A stretch of DNA of 64,000 nt from Azolla caroliniana (taxonomy: Eukaryota > Plantae > Polypodiophyta): positions 8,122,001 to 8,186,000 of the forward strand of contig JBHGNT010000020.1 of NCBI GenBank assembly GCA_043228905.1, in the 5' to 3' direction. Under the pieces are notes generated by a model, which made no database searches, was not told where the DNA came from, and saw only the letters and a program-made list of their open reading frames with translations. The position numbers and the translations under genes are program-made. Below are positions 26,716-39,900 of the stretch, in pieces; position 1 is the stretch's first letter; each line of letters opens with the position of its first letter.

Positions 26716-29700
26716 TGTAAAAAGAATAACGTACGGAAGCAATAGAAACCCAAACACAGAGACGCAGGTTTAATGGAGAGCTTGAATATACACAGTACGC
26801 GGAAGAGACAGAGAGAGAGAGCACATAGAACTCAATTCAAAAATAATACTCAATCTGTACATAGGATGTGCTCAGTGAGCACTTTTATACAAGTCCCTAC
26901 GGACTAACAGAAGTACTGACACGTACTTCAATGCTCATAAGTGAGCTCTACACTAACTCCCAAAATATATTCCTACGCAGAATATCTTTCCAACGGCCTC
27001 GCGGTTTACGCACCGCTACGACTTCTTGTTGCATACCGATCTACGCACTAGTTTACGCACCCGGTTTACGCACCGGTCCGGCCTAACCGATTGATCCCAA
27101 TCTATCCGGTTCTTGGCTTGCACAACCGATCCGGCCAATGTTGAGCTTGTATTTCAACACTCCCCCTCAAGCTCAACTTGAGGTTCCATCTGCTCTTCCT
27201 GATCTACGCTCCGGTTCCTTCTGGCTTCACGCCTTGCTCGCGCTCCTCGATCTGTTTGATTCCGCGCGCCTCGACCCTTATGGTCAACTTGTCTGCTCAC
27301 ACAGCCCTTCTCAGCTTCCTTGGTGTTGCGGTGCTGGCGCCTCTTCTGTTGCCTTCTCTTCCGCTTGGCCTTTGGTTGATTCAGCGTATCTGAATCAATC
27401 ATTTGAACCGACTCGGCTTCCTCCGATCGGTTTTCGCTCTCGTCCGAGTTGGTTGTCTCCAAATCTTCTTCGGTCTTTAGGCCCCTGACAACATCCGAGC
27501 AAGTCTTAGTCTTGGCCTTATCTACCCCTGTTTCGGTTGTCCTCGGTTCCTTCTTATGCTTATGACCCTTGCTTCCGTCTTCGGCTTCTTCAGCCGGTTC
27601 GAAGTCAAATTCTCCATCCGACTCCGCATCACGGTCACTTCCGCCGTGATGCTTACCTCCGCTCCTTTCACGCTCTTGTCCCTGTTCTTCCTTTCTCCCG
27701 CTCAAGTTCGGCGTGTCGAGGTGACGCAACCCAAGCGCACCCTAGAAATGCCGTAACTTGTCGAGACCAAGAGGTTTTGTGAAGATGTCGGCAATCTGCC
27801 GATCAGTCGAAACATGCACCAATTCAACTTCACTTGAAAGGACCCGCTCGCGGACAAAATGGTAATGCACCTCAATGTGCTTGGTTTGGGCATGGAAAAC
27901 GACGTTCTTCGCAAGGTGGATACTGCTAAGGTTGTCACAATGGATCGTTGTCGGATTAGACACCTCTACTTGCAGATCCCATAATAGCCGTTTCAACCAA
28001 ATGACTTCGCACGTAGCGACAGTCGCCCCTCGATATTCGGCCTCCGTGCTCGACAGTGCTACTGTCGGTTGCTTCTTGCTGCTCCATGCGATCGCCACAC
28101 TTCCCAATGAGAATGCGTATCCAGATGTGGATCGATGATTGTGGGCGTTTCCGGCCCAATCAACATCCGTGTAACCGACTAACTGTTCGGCTATGCCTGC
28201 CCGATAAAACAACGCCATGTCTTTCGTGCCGTTGACATAACGCAGTATCCGTTACACACACTGAAAGTGTTCGGCCGTAGGCTACGACATGAATTGACTG
28301 ATCATGCTGACCGGGTAATTGAGGTCCGGCCGAGTGATCATCAAATAGATGAGGATTCCAACAATCTGTTGGAATTGTGTCGGGTCGCACGCCTTTCCCG
28401 AATCTTTGCGAAGCTTTACATTTCTATCCAGAGGGGTCGAGATGGGCTTACAGTTTGCCATCCCGAACTTGAAGAGCATATTCAACGCGTAATGACGCTG
28501 GTTGATCAAAGAAAGAACAGGGACGAGAGCGTGAAAGGAGCGGAGGTAAGCATCACGGTAGTCATCTTTGTGATAGGCGTGAAGGTCTCGTCATAGTCCA
28601 CGCCGTGTTTCTGCGCGTAGCCTTTCGCTACTAAACGGGCCTTGTAGCGGTTGACAGAGTCATCGATGTTGTATTTCACCTTATACACCCATCTGCATCC
28701 AATCGCTTTACACCCTTCGGTGCGTCAACTAGGTCCCAGGTTTCATTCTTCGATAATGCGCGCATCTCTTCCTCCATTGCGGCACGCCAGTTCGCATCTT
28801 TCACCGCTTCTGCGTAGCTCTTTGGCTCACGCACTTCCGCTACATGGGTCGTGTATGCATAGTGATGCACCATGTACTCGTAACCAAACCGCACAACAGG
28901 GTTCTTCTAGTGGGTAGATCGGCATAATTGCTCCTTAGCCGATGTTGAGGCTTTCTTGGCCGACACGGACTTCGCTCTCGAAGACCCGTCATCACTTCCC
29001 TCGGAGTCGGACTCTCTTAGATCCGACTCGTTCCTATTAGGGTTGTAATCCGACACCTTCTTCTTCCCTTTTTCCTTGCGCGTAAGCTGTCTCCTCGGCT
29101 TCCTGCGCGGGGAATGCACGACTGAGTCTCCACTACTCGCCAGCTCTTCATCGGACTGGTCGAACCGACTCAGTTTTCAATTTGGCTCGCTTAACTGAAA
29201 CGAAATCAGACTCTCTTCGCGTGTCCCAATTTCAGGCTCATCCGGAGGCATCTCGGCCTTGTTGACCTCATCGTCAAAACTCGGATTGGAGGTGAGGTCC
29301 GGAGTCGGAGGCAAGTACCAAGACGCGGACTCGTCAAACACAACGTCATAAAGGCGCGCTTGTTTGGTGCGTGGTTTATAACACTTATAACCCTTCTGCT
29401 CGTCTGAATAGCCGACCAAGATACACTTCTCGGCTTCCGCGTCTAGCTTCCTCCGTTTCTCCTTCGGCACATGCACATACGCAATGCTACCGAAAACTCT
29501 CAAGTGTCGCACATTCGGCTTTCTTCCGAAATACAGCTCATGCGCCAACACTTCTTCTCCGATCCGATATTGAATGTACACCACGGTTCGTACAACCTCG
29601 GCCCAATAGAACTTGGGCAAGCTCTTCTCCTCCAGCATTGCCCATGCCACTTCCACAACCGACCGATTTTTCCTTTCGGCCACGCCATTTTGCTCCGGCG

Positions 29701-32293
29701 TATATCTGCAACTGAATTTGTGTCGAATTCCCATCTGTTGTAGATACCTGTTGAATTGACCGGAAAAGTACTCTTTTCCGCCATCCGACCGCAAGCACTT
29801 GATCTGTCTTCCTGTTTCCGTTTCAACGAAACTCTTGAGGTTCCAGAAACAGTCGAAGACTTCACCCTTCTTCTCAATGAGGTAGATCCACATGTGCCGC
29901 GTATAGTCGTCGATGAAAGAGACGAAGTATCGACTCCCGCCAAGACTAACGTTCTGTGTCGGCCCCCATACATTGGAATATATCAACTCGAGCTTGTTCC
30001 AGCTTTGGTTACGCTCGTTAGGGAACGGAAGTCAGTGTTGCTTCCATAGCTGGCAGGCTTCACAAATTTGTGCCTTCCGGCCACTAAATTTGGGCAATCC
30101 GAACACAACTTGTTTCGATTGCAGGTCCTGAAGCCGTTGATAGTTGACGTGGCCTATCCGCTTGTGCCATAAGTTGAGATCCAACTTGACTTTTTGTCCT
30201 TTCGCGAACATTGCGGTGCCACCGTCACTAGAGTCAAGGATAAACATCCTCCCGTCTCGGCGCCCTTGCGCAATAACTCGGCCTTCTTCCTCGATGAAGC
30301 ACCCGAGATGCGTGAATCGGACTTGCATCCCCTGGTCGACGATCTGCCCGACCGACACCAGATTCTTCGTGATTGTCGGGACGTGTAACACGTTCATGAG
30401 TTTCCCTTTCTATCTGACATGGCTCAGGGGAACTTCACCGACATTCGCGATTGGATGCGGAGTGTCGTCTCCGGTTGCGATTGCTCCCAGTTGCATCTAG
30501 CAATGGGTCCGGTTTCGGCTTAAACCGAACCGAACCGTTAAACCATGGTTTAAAGGTTTATAAGTTCCAAAATAATTAAATGGTTTGGTTTGGTTTTAAT
30601 TAATAATAAACAGTTCGGTTTTAGTTCGGTTTCGTTTTGAAACTAGGGTTTATAGGTTTATAGGTTTTTGGGCTATCTTTTTTTACCCATTAAATGTTTA
30701 TGTAATTTAATGGTTTAAGTAATGTTTTTCATTGGTTTAATTCACTTAACTTAATTTTTTTTATTTAATCTAATGGCTCAATTAATCTTATTTATTTATT
30801 TATTTATTTTAACATAAATGCTTATTTTATTTTGTGTATTTTTATTGAATTAATTTTTTAATTAGCTTGGGCTAAATGTGGTTAGGTTTAAACTTTTTAT
30901 TAAATGCTTCGGTTTGGTTTAAACTTTTCCCTAAACGGTTTTGGTTTAAATGGTTTAGTTTTCATTTTTTTTTAATGGTTTGGTTTAAATGTTTGAATGT
31001 TCATAAACGGTTTGGTTTGGTTTCAAGGCACTGAAACCGAACCGAATCGAAACCGAACCGGGCCCATTACTAGTTGCATCAGTTTCTCAAGGTATGAGAA
31101 CCACTCCTTGTGGCACGTCATGTGGTTTGACGCGCTTGAGTCGATGTACCACACCTCGTCCAACTTCGGGGTGATCTTCTTCATCGAGTTTGCTTCGTGT
31201 TTCGTCACGAAGGCTAACCCTTTTCCGGCTTTTCCAGATCCTTCGGCGTAGTGTGATTGCTGCTGATTTCCTTTGTCAGTTTGTTCGGAACCTGATCCGA
31301 ACTCGGTTCTCTCCGAATCGGCGCGCTTTTTCCAGCACTCGCTCTCCTTGTGGCCTTTCTTGCCACAATACCAACATTCCGCGACGGATTTCCGATGTCG
31401 GTTCTCGTCGCCTCAACTCCCCCTGTTTTCGGAGAGTCCGGAATTGCTGTCGGCATCACTTCGGTGCCTTCTTCCTTGATCTCGTCGGCCGCCTCCATTG
31501 CGCACCGACCCGCCTCGTCCGCCACGACCACGAGGCCTATCTCCCTCAGTGTACAACATCTTGTTGTCGGTGTGCGTGCTCGTTGACGCACCCGCGTGGT
31601 TCTCCTCTATAAGGAGCATCGACTATAGGTCGAAAAACGATGGTGTATTCTCCCGTGTACACACAACAGTTCGGAACGTTTCGAACTTTGACGCCAATCC
31701 CCCGAGACAGATCTGCACCATCTCGCCTTCCTCGACGTTCACATCGATAGAGGCTAAGGAGTCGCATATCTCTTTGATCTTCGAGATGTAATCAGCGACC
31801 GACAAGTCGCTTTGTTGTAGGTTGCTCAGCTCTTGTCGGAGTTGAAGCTTCCTAGCTGTAGTGCTTGCGGCGAAAATCTTCTTCAAATTTCCCCAAGCAT
31901 CTTTCAGCGTTTTTGCATCCCGAATGTAGCTTAGGAGCTGTTCGCCCACACAAGACGCGAAGCAGTACAGTACTTTGCTCGCCGATTGTTCCCACACCGG
32001 GAAATCTCTATGTGTCGATTCGGGTGCTGTGTCATTTGCTCCGTAGACATAGCTCCAGTGGCCGTGCCTGAGTAGGTATTGGTGCATCTTGTAGGACCAA
32101 GACGCGTAGTTGTTTCTGTCGAGCTTCTCCATTGGAAGCGAACTAGCCATGCCTCTATCCATCGATTTACCTGTTCTTCTTGGTTGGTTTTCCTTTCAAG
32201 CTATGTCGGCTGCAGAGGTTCTCAACCCTCGCGCTCTGATACCATGTAAAAAGAATAGCGTGTAGAAGCAATACAAACCCAAACACAAAGACG
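26716..32293 (-). mobile_element. Copia LTR retrotransposon D; 5' LTR truncated, RT partly deleted
   Basis: 3' LTR at 26716-27159 with PPT at 27160-27170; PBS (gctctgatacca) at 32233-32244; 5' LTR remnant at 32245-32293; gag-PR-INT-RT-RH fragments 32162-27154. Confidence 0.9.
30498..31072. mobile_element. hAT-type MITE inserted in Copia D
   Basis: 8-bp TSD GTTGCATC (30490-30497, 31073-31080); TIRs TAG(C/T)AATGGG(T/C)CCGGT; AT-rich core with AACCG/CGGTT subterminal motifs. Confidence 0.9.
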
Positions 32294-35200
32294 ACCCGGG
32301 ATAAGGGTCAGAGACTAGACGGAGGCCCGAGGAGGATCCTTCACACCGGTTCTTGAGACTCCAACAGTCGGCCCAAGAGCCGGCATGAGACCTAGAGTAG
32401 CGAACAGTGTTAGTGAGGGGACGAGGGAAAAAGGACTACGGATGGGCGGTCTACGGAGATCCTCACACCGATCCGGCGGTTGGCCCGAGTGCCGGAGTGA
32501 GTCCTATAGGAGAGATCTATGGCGGCAGGTGAACGTGACCAACAGAAGAGGCCGATGAGAAGGTCGGGAAAACGGTGTCGTGAAGATTTCGGGCTGTAAG
32601 CGGAAACAAGAGGAAACACGCAGGAACACCGGTATATGTGAGTGCAAGCCTCGAGGGGAATTAAATAGGGCAAGTACTAGGCATGAGTATAAGGAGGGGT
32701 ACTAAGTAGTTAGTGCATAGACATTGCATAAGTAGGGAGAGTTACGAGGAGAGTAAATCAGGGGAGAGAATCTAGGACAAAAGTGACGGGTCATGAATGC
32801 TTGTAACGGTCGCTCCTTGTGCTATAAAAAGGGGCGACCTTTGACTGCCTTCGGGATGCGATCTAGAAAAACGAATACGGAGAGAACGACCGAGGCAGAA
32901 TTGTGAAAGAAGGCGATTCCCCTGCTCGCGTCAGACACCCGAGTGCTCCCGACCTGGGGTTCGACCTTCTGCGCACCGACGTCTCTTTGTACCTGACTAT
33001 TTGCCAAGCTCTGCGCTCCATCACCAGCTCTGATGCGGCTGTAACCACTCACAGCATCGTGCACCTGTGTTTTAATAGAACTCTTTCTACCTACCTTACT
33101 TTGTCCTCGGTGTCTTTGTCCGTATTTGTGTCTACGCGTGACTCTCTTGCGCTCTCTCGTTCGTTAGACTTACCTGCTCTCTCGTGGCCTCAAAACCTAC
33201 GCGATCCCCAAACTCGCCTTCCTGATTCCTTGGTTCGAGACCCCCGTGGTCCTGCCCGACTTCTACGCATCCGTGAGGGTAACCTCGACATCTTTGGTGA
33301 ACTCGACGTGAAGAAGGGCGGCAAAGGAATTTGAAGATGAGAGGAAGCAAACTTGCGGAAGCGATGGCGGTGGTGGTAGACCGCCTGGTTAGTGCTCGTG
33401 AGGGCACGAGTGCCCTCGACTGGGCCATAGAGGCAATAGTCGGCAAGATAGGCCGGTTCGGCGGAAAGGACGCCACGAGTTACTTAGAGGCCTACAAATC
33501 TGAAATGCAGATGAGGAACATACTTGAAGATAGATAGCTAGCGGGGTTTCCCCGGGTCGTAACACCACACATCCATACAGAGATGGTCGAGATACAAGCG
33601 GGCTGTCATGATTGGGTGGAGTTCACAGAGGAAGTTCTCGAGAGGTACAACTATTATGATTCGCGCCGGCTATCGAGAAAGGATTTTATGGATTGGGTCA
33701 ACAGCCCCGACAAGGGTCAGAATGCTTATCGAGAAAGGATTTTATGGATTCGAGTCACGGTTTGCACGACTCTCTAGGTTGGACCGAACCGTGCTTGAAA
33801 CGAGCAAGGTTCTATTTTTTGTCACTTCGTTCGACTCATGCGTCCGGGAAAGCATGGGTCTTCTTCTGGAAACCAGCCGAGGCCTCACGACTGACTGGGC
33901 GACCGTGAAGAAAGTATGCAGCAGGATTGACAAACGCCGGGACTGGAAAGAAAAGGGGTCCTCGTCGGTCGGACCGGCTGTGGAAATCAGGGCCGAACCA
34001 ACGCCGACCCGAATGGAAGAAACGAGGAGGTGGCTTGAGCTAGGCCCACCCCCGGTGAACATAGTTGCGGGACCTACAGGTGGCACCGGACTAGAAGACC
34101 TCCAGATCGCCCAGGCCCGACGAAGCGACGAAGGTCAGTCGCGCGACCAGCGACCACCGGCCAATTAGAGGTGTGTATGGTGCAACGCCACCGAACATGC
34201 CCGGAGAGAATGCGCTGACTTCGGAGAAGTGCTCAGGAGTAATATAGTCTACCTTTCAAACGGCAGGGTACATGCGAGCGACACGCAAAGATCGCTCGAC
34301 ACGAATTTCGGACGAGGTGGCATGAAGAGGCTAATGGAAGAAGCCGTGGCCCAGCACGTCGAGGCCGACCACTATTCGGCTTCGGCTGGTATACGCGTAG
34401 GGGAAAAGACGACCAAACCCGATTCCAAATCTGGGTTCTGGCCGGTCGTTCTCGAGACCTTGGCTGGAGGAAGGCTGCAGAAGGAGGAAGCAGAGCACGC
34501 AGAAGAACGTGTTCCCGAAGTTACTGGGTGGAGCGACCCCATTGAAGAAATGACCGGCTTTGTGGAGGCCGCGTGCAGAAACTACGAAGCTTTGATCGAC
34601 GAAAGGCGGGCCCATCGGGGAGGCAAGACACACGAAGCGCAACCAAAAAGCACGATGCCGCTCCGACCGGATCCCATGAGAAGGAGAAGGGCAAGATTCC
34701 GAGCTTCCGCTTAAGCTCGTAGATAGAGAAAACAACGAACCTACAAAAGGTTCTAGAGGAGCGAGTTCTCGACAGTCGCATAGAACTCACGCTTAGGGAA
34801 GTGCTTGGCATAGCAAGAAGGGAGTTCCACGACAGCATCGTGGACCTCGTGAAGAGGAAGCGTCTCGCAACGGAATCGGAGCCCGAGAAGCCGGTTGAGG
34901 TAAGGGCGGCACTCCTCCATGAGATAGCCATGGAAGACGAGCTCGCGGAGAGCCACTACGCCAAACCACACTAGGTAAGAGCTACTACAGAAACCCCGGT
35001 TCGTATCGGGAATGTTAAGGAACCGGTGGTGGCGTTAATCGACCACGGGTCGGAAATTAACCTGATGTCCATGTACTTCTACAAAAAGGGGAATTGGCCG
35101 ATCAATAAAAAACATGGGTGGAAGATACGCGCAACTACAAGAGTCACGAAAGAGTTTCACGGGGCTTGCCCGAATGTCAGGGTGAGCGTCGGGGACGTCG

Positions 35201-36891
35201 ACATAAACCAACACTTTTTTGTGCAAGAGACGTCCTCTCACCCAGTCATCCTTGGGGAACCGTACATCATGGCAGCTAGAATGGAAATGAAAGTGTTGGA
35301 CAATGGTTCAGCCTACACGAGGGTAAAAAGTCGGGACGGTCGTCACTCCGTTCAATTTTTGACCGTTCGGAAGAACCACGAACGAAATCGGGACACCCTC
35401 GGAAATCATAACAAGCCAGATTTTTAAAAAGGGCTATCAAGGCGTGGGGCCGCGATAGTCCGGAAAACTAGGAAGCTCCCCACACCTGTACCATAGGTAG
35501 GAAATTTTGGTTCTCCGGTGGCAGAGGTTGTACGATAACCGGCGTAGCTGGCCGGGAAAAGAGGCGGGCGGAGGAGTGACTTCGGGCATGTGGAGTCCTC
35601 AGCCCTGAAGAGGAAATCAACGGAGCCGTGGGGGCAGTCTCTTTCGACGACACCTTGGGGGAGTTACGAGAGGTGCTCGGAGAAGGCCTTAGTGAGAACC
35701 GGACGATTCCGGTATGTTCAGAAGAGATGTACGAAGTCATCGCCGACTTCGGTAATGGACTCGAGTTGAATCGGACGGCCCGAGTGGATACGAAGTACAA
35801 GATTGTGGACCAGAAGGTGAGGCCAGTCGGGGCACCCTTGCTGGAGGGCAGTGAGTTACGGATAAAAGGGGTCGCGTCAGACCCAAGTTTACGAGATCCG
35901 GCCCGCATAGGACACACGTTCACCGACATAACGCTACGAGAGCTCAAGATCGGTGGGGGTGGCTTCCTAGTGCCGGCGGAAGAAGACCGGTTTTGGAGAA
36001 TGCTCGTAAGGCATGGGAAGGCCTTCGCATTCTTGCCGGAGGAGATCGGGTGCGTAGACCCGACGATCGTCGAGCCAATGGTGATCTTCACGGTACCGCA
36101 TGTGTCGTGGAATCTCAAACCGATTCCGGTGCCCAGAGCTCACATCCCGATGTTGATGGAGCTATTGAAGCAGAAGGTGGATATGGGCATCCTCGAACCG
36201 TCGAGTGCCCCATACTCGAATCGGTGGTTCACGGTGCCAAAGAAGAACGGCACGTTGCGCTTCATACAGGACCTGCAATCGGTCAACAAGGTGACCATCT
36301 GTAACGTAGGAATCAGGTCGACCATAGACGAGTTCGCGGAGGCCTTCGCCGGAAGGTCGATCTATTCGGTCGGTGACTTATACTTGGGGCACGACCAATT
36401 CCACCTAGCCGTAGGGAGCAGGGATATCATGACAATGCGGACTCCTCTCGGCTTGGCGCAGATGTGTACCCTACCGCAAGGAGGAACGAATTCGGTGGCG
36501 CACATGGTGAACACTGTTGGCCGGTCAGAGAAGGCAAATGGGAAAGCAAGGTCGGATCGGATAAATATAGAAATAGGAATAGAATTATTAGGAGGGACGG
36601 ATCCGGTAGTTGTAACCGATCCGGATCCGAACCGATTCGGTTTCGGTTAACGGTTGCCTACCGAGCACCGATTGTAATCTAGCCGGATGCCTATAAAAGG
36701 ATCCGATGTTTTGTAATGAAAGCGCGAAGAATTAATATAGTTTTGCTTATGCTGATTAATCTTGTCTTCGTCTGTGCTTAAGTGTAATTATCATACGCGT
36801 GTATTAACATCCTATCCCTACCACCCCTTTGGAGAAGTGTCGGATAGACACCTGTGTTGTGGCTAGTCCAGCCATACATACAACACTATTT

Positions 36892-36901
36892 TGGCGACCA
36901 C
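36892..36901 (+). promoter_or_regulatory. PBS of G2, complementary to tRNA-Arg (UCG-type 3' end)
   Basis: TGGCGACCAC lies 6 nt after the 5' LTR; the recalled plant tRNA-Arg(UCG) ends ...UGUGGUCG-CCA. Confidence 0.7.
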
Positions 36902-36937
36902 GATTCCTGCAGAGTGCAGAGGACAACCGGGGGATGG

Positions 36938-39900
36938 ATGTCTAGACAAAATAACGACCACATCACCGAAAGAGGGAGACGCCACGCCGAACGGCAGCGA
37001 CGACGGGAAGCCCTGCAGCAAGCCGTCGACGAGATCCGGAGCGATCGGTCATTCTCAACAACGCTTCGGCAAATCGCAGAAAACGCACTGCAGTTCCAGG
37101 TTCTACAAGCTTCCGACGAAGGCAGTAGCATAACCAGCCTCCAAGAAGCGGAGACACTACTACAGACTCTCGCTGGCGGCGACGGGGACGCAGCGGCATT
37201 TGCAACATTAGAGGCGGATTCGGATAGCGGGGAAAGCGTGGGATCCCGCTATAAAAGCAGCCACGGGAACAACCCCTTTGAGTCGGATCACTCAGCAACA
37301 TCGGAGCCAGAGGAGGAACTAACTCTGGAGTTCGGTGACCGGCAATCGCCGAGGAGGGAGGAGCGGATACCAACACCACCCGCGGAGGAACCGCAGGAGC
37401 GGTTATCCACACCACCCGCAGAGGAACCGCAGGAGCGGTTATCAACACCACCCGCGGAGGAACCGCAGGAGCGGATACCAACACCACCTGCGGAGGAACC
37501 AGCGCAGGAGAATCAGTGGGACGACACGATGCCGTATCCGTACCCAAAGTATCGGGATGAGCCCGACGGAGAGGCACATGTGTATGCATTCCTGCGAACA
37601 TGGGAAGCCAACCACGTGTCCCAGAGACTGACGGAGGCCGAGGCCGACCGATCCAAAGTCGCCGAATTCGGCATGACATTAGAAGGACCGGCGGCCCGGT
37701 GGCACGACAAGCACTTACCAGGCAGCTTCGCCACGTTCGAGGCATTGAAAACCCAGTTTTTACGCTTGTTTCATAGACGAGTGGAACAAAGGGAATTGGT
37801 CGGACAATTCTACACCACTCGGCAGGGAGAAAACGAGACGGTCCCACAATTTATCATTCGTTTCCAGACCTTGCACAGTCAATTAGCAAGAGCACCACCC
37901 GAAGAGGAGGCCAAGGCAGTCTTTTTGGCTGCGTTAAAAGACCCACTTCGAGCGATGTGTGGAATCATCGATTTCAGCACCAGCACAATGGACCAAGTCA
38001 TTGATCGGGTCCTGGAAATGGACAACACGAGCCCCTTCTTGCCGATGGGGGCGTTACACCAGGCGCTTCCGAAGGAGGAGGACCTCCGGTTCCGACAAGC
38101 CCTACAATGCACAACATGCCTAAATTCGGGGCACTCGACCGTTGACTGCACCCTGCGCGCACAGTGCATGATATGCAATTCTCGCGCCCACACAACGAAC
38201 CAATGCGAGTATAACCTGTTAACTCGACAAGCGGCACCGGTCCGACACATAGAACCGCGCAATCGGGACCCGGAAGAGGATCGATTCCGGAGGGACGACC
38301 GCTACCGACGAGAACGCGGCGACAGATACCCCGATAGAAGACGCGACAACTATGACCGAGAGGAGAACCGAAGGGATAGCTACCCCCGGGACCGGTACGA
38401 CCGAGAGGAGAACCGAAGGGATAGCTACCCCCGGGACCGGTATGACCGAGACGAATCCCCGGAATACGAGCGCCGCAGAGAAGAAAGGCGGCCAGGGAAC
38501 CGGAATTTCCGTCGGAACCAAAGGCGTGGATTCTTCCGTAGAGAGGAGCGTCGGGACGCAACAAGGAATGACAAACCAGTAGCGGCACCGGAGAACCAAA
38601 AAACCGAGGACAACCGCCGGGGAATGCCCCTTCCCCAAACATGGGAAAAAGGAGAATCCAGCAACACGCACAGGGTGTACTGTTATTACTGCCGAAAAGA
38701 AGGGCATTACAGTAATCAATGCCCAAGCAAAACAGCCGACAAGCAGCCAGCAGTCAACATGGTGACAGCCGAAGTACAGCAGGTTACCACGCGGTCGAAA
38801 GGGAAGGCCGCCGAATGGGAAGCCCAGGAAGCAATCAGAAAACAAGCGGCACAATGGATCAAAGAAGCCAACGAACAAGGTACGGCGGAAGTAAGAAACC
38901 AAAAGATGCCAAGGGAGGACGAAATCGTACAGCCAGGAGAAAACCCGACATGGCAAGCACTACAAGATTGTCAGATCGTGCTGCCGTTGGCACGGTTACT
39001 GCAGTTGGTGCCGCGGTTCACAGCAGACTTACAAGCCGCCGTGAGCAAACCGACGCCGACGCCAGCACCGGCATTTTTCTCCAACCCGGAGGAAGGCCCA
39101 GCGGTGGTTGATACCAGTAGCCCAGCAATCACGACAATCGTCAAAGGAAAGGAGATTCCAGGAACAATCATTGACGGAGGCTCCGGGGTGAACGTCATTA
39201 GTCGACAGACATGCGACGACCTAGGCATCCAGGAGTGGGAACCATGCCCCTTCTGGTTACGCATGGCGGATACAAGCTCAGTCCGACCAACTGGTCTTAT
39301 CCGGGACTTGGAAGTAACAATAGGAGGCCACGTATTCCGAATATCGGCCGTGGTACTAGAGCTGAATGTACAAGGCGCATATCCCCTACTGTTAGGACGA
39401 CCATGGCTGCGAACGGCGCATATCAAGCAAAACTGGCAAAAGAATATGATCACGTTCCGACGAGGGAAAACAAAGGTACGGGTAGCCACGCAACCACGGG
39501 TGCTCACTAGCAAGGAGGCAACCCCTTTATATGCCGAAAGCATCAACATGTTGCAGGGCTTACCGGATGAGGAAGTTGATCGGTACCTCGAGGAACACCC
39601 ACAGATCGTCCCACTTTTTGAGGTGGATATCACGGCAGCGGTAGAGCCGTACATCACAATGCCGGACGAGCCGGACAAAGTGGCGATCCGGGAACTACGC
39701 CAAGCACAGGAAGCCCTAGAAAGAGAAATGACGATATCCCAAAGGGTGAAAGCATCTCAGCTGGAAGAGGTGGACCTCGGCACAACAGAACAACCCCGAC
39801 CGGTAAAAGTCGCGAAGGAATTGCCGAAGGAGGAAAAACAGGCAATGGTAGCACTGTTAACGGAATTCAAGGACGTGTTCGCATGGTCATACGAAGACAT

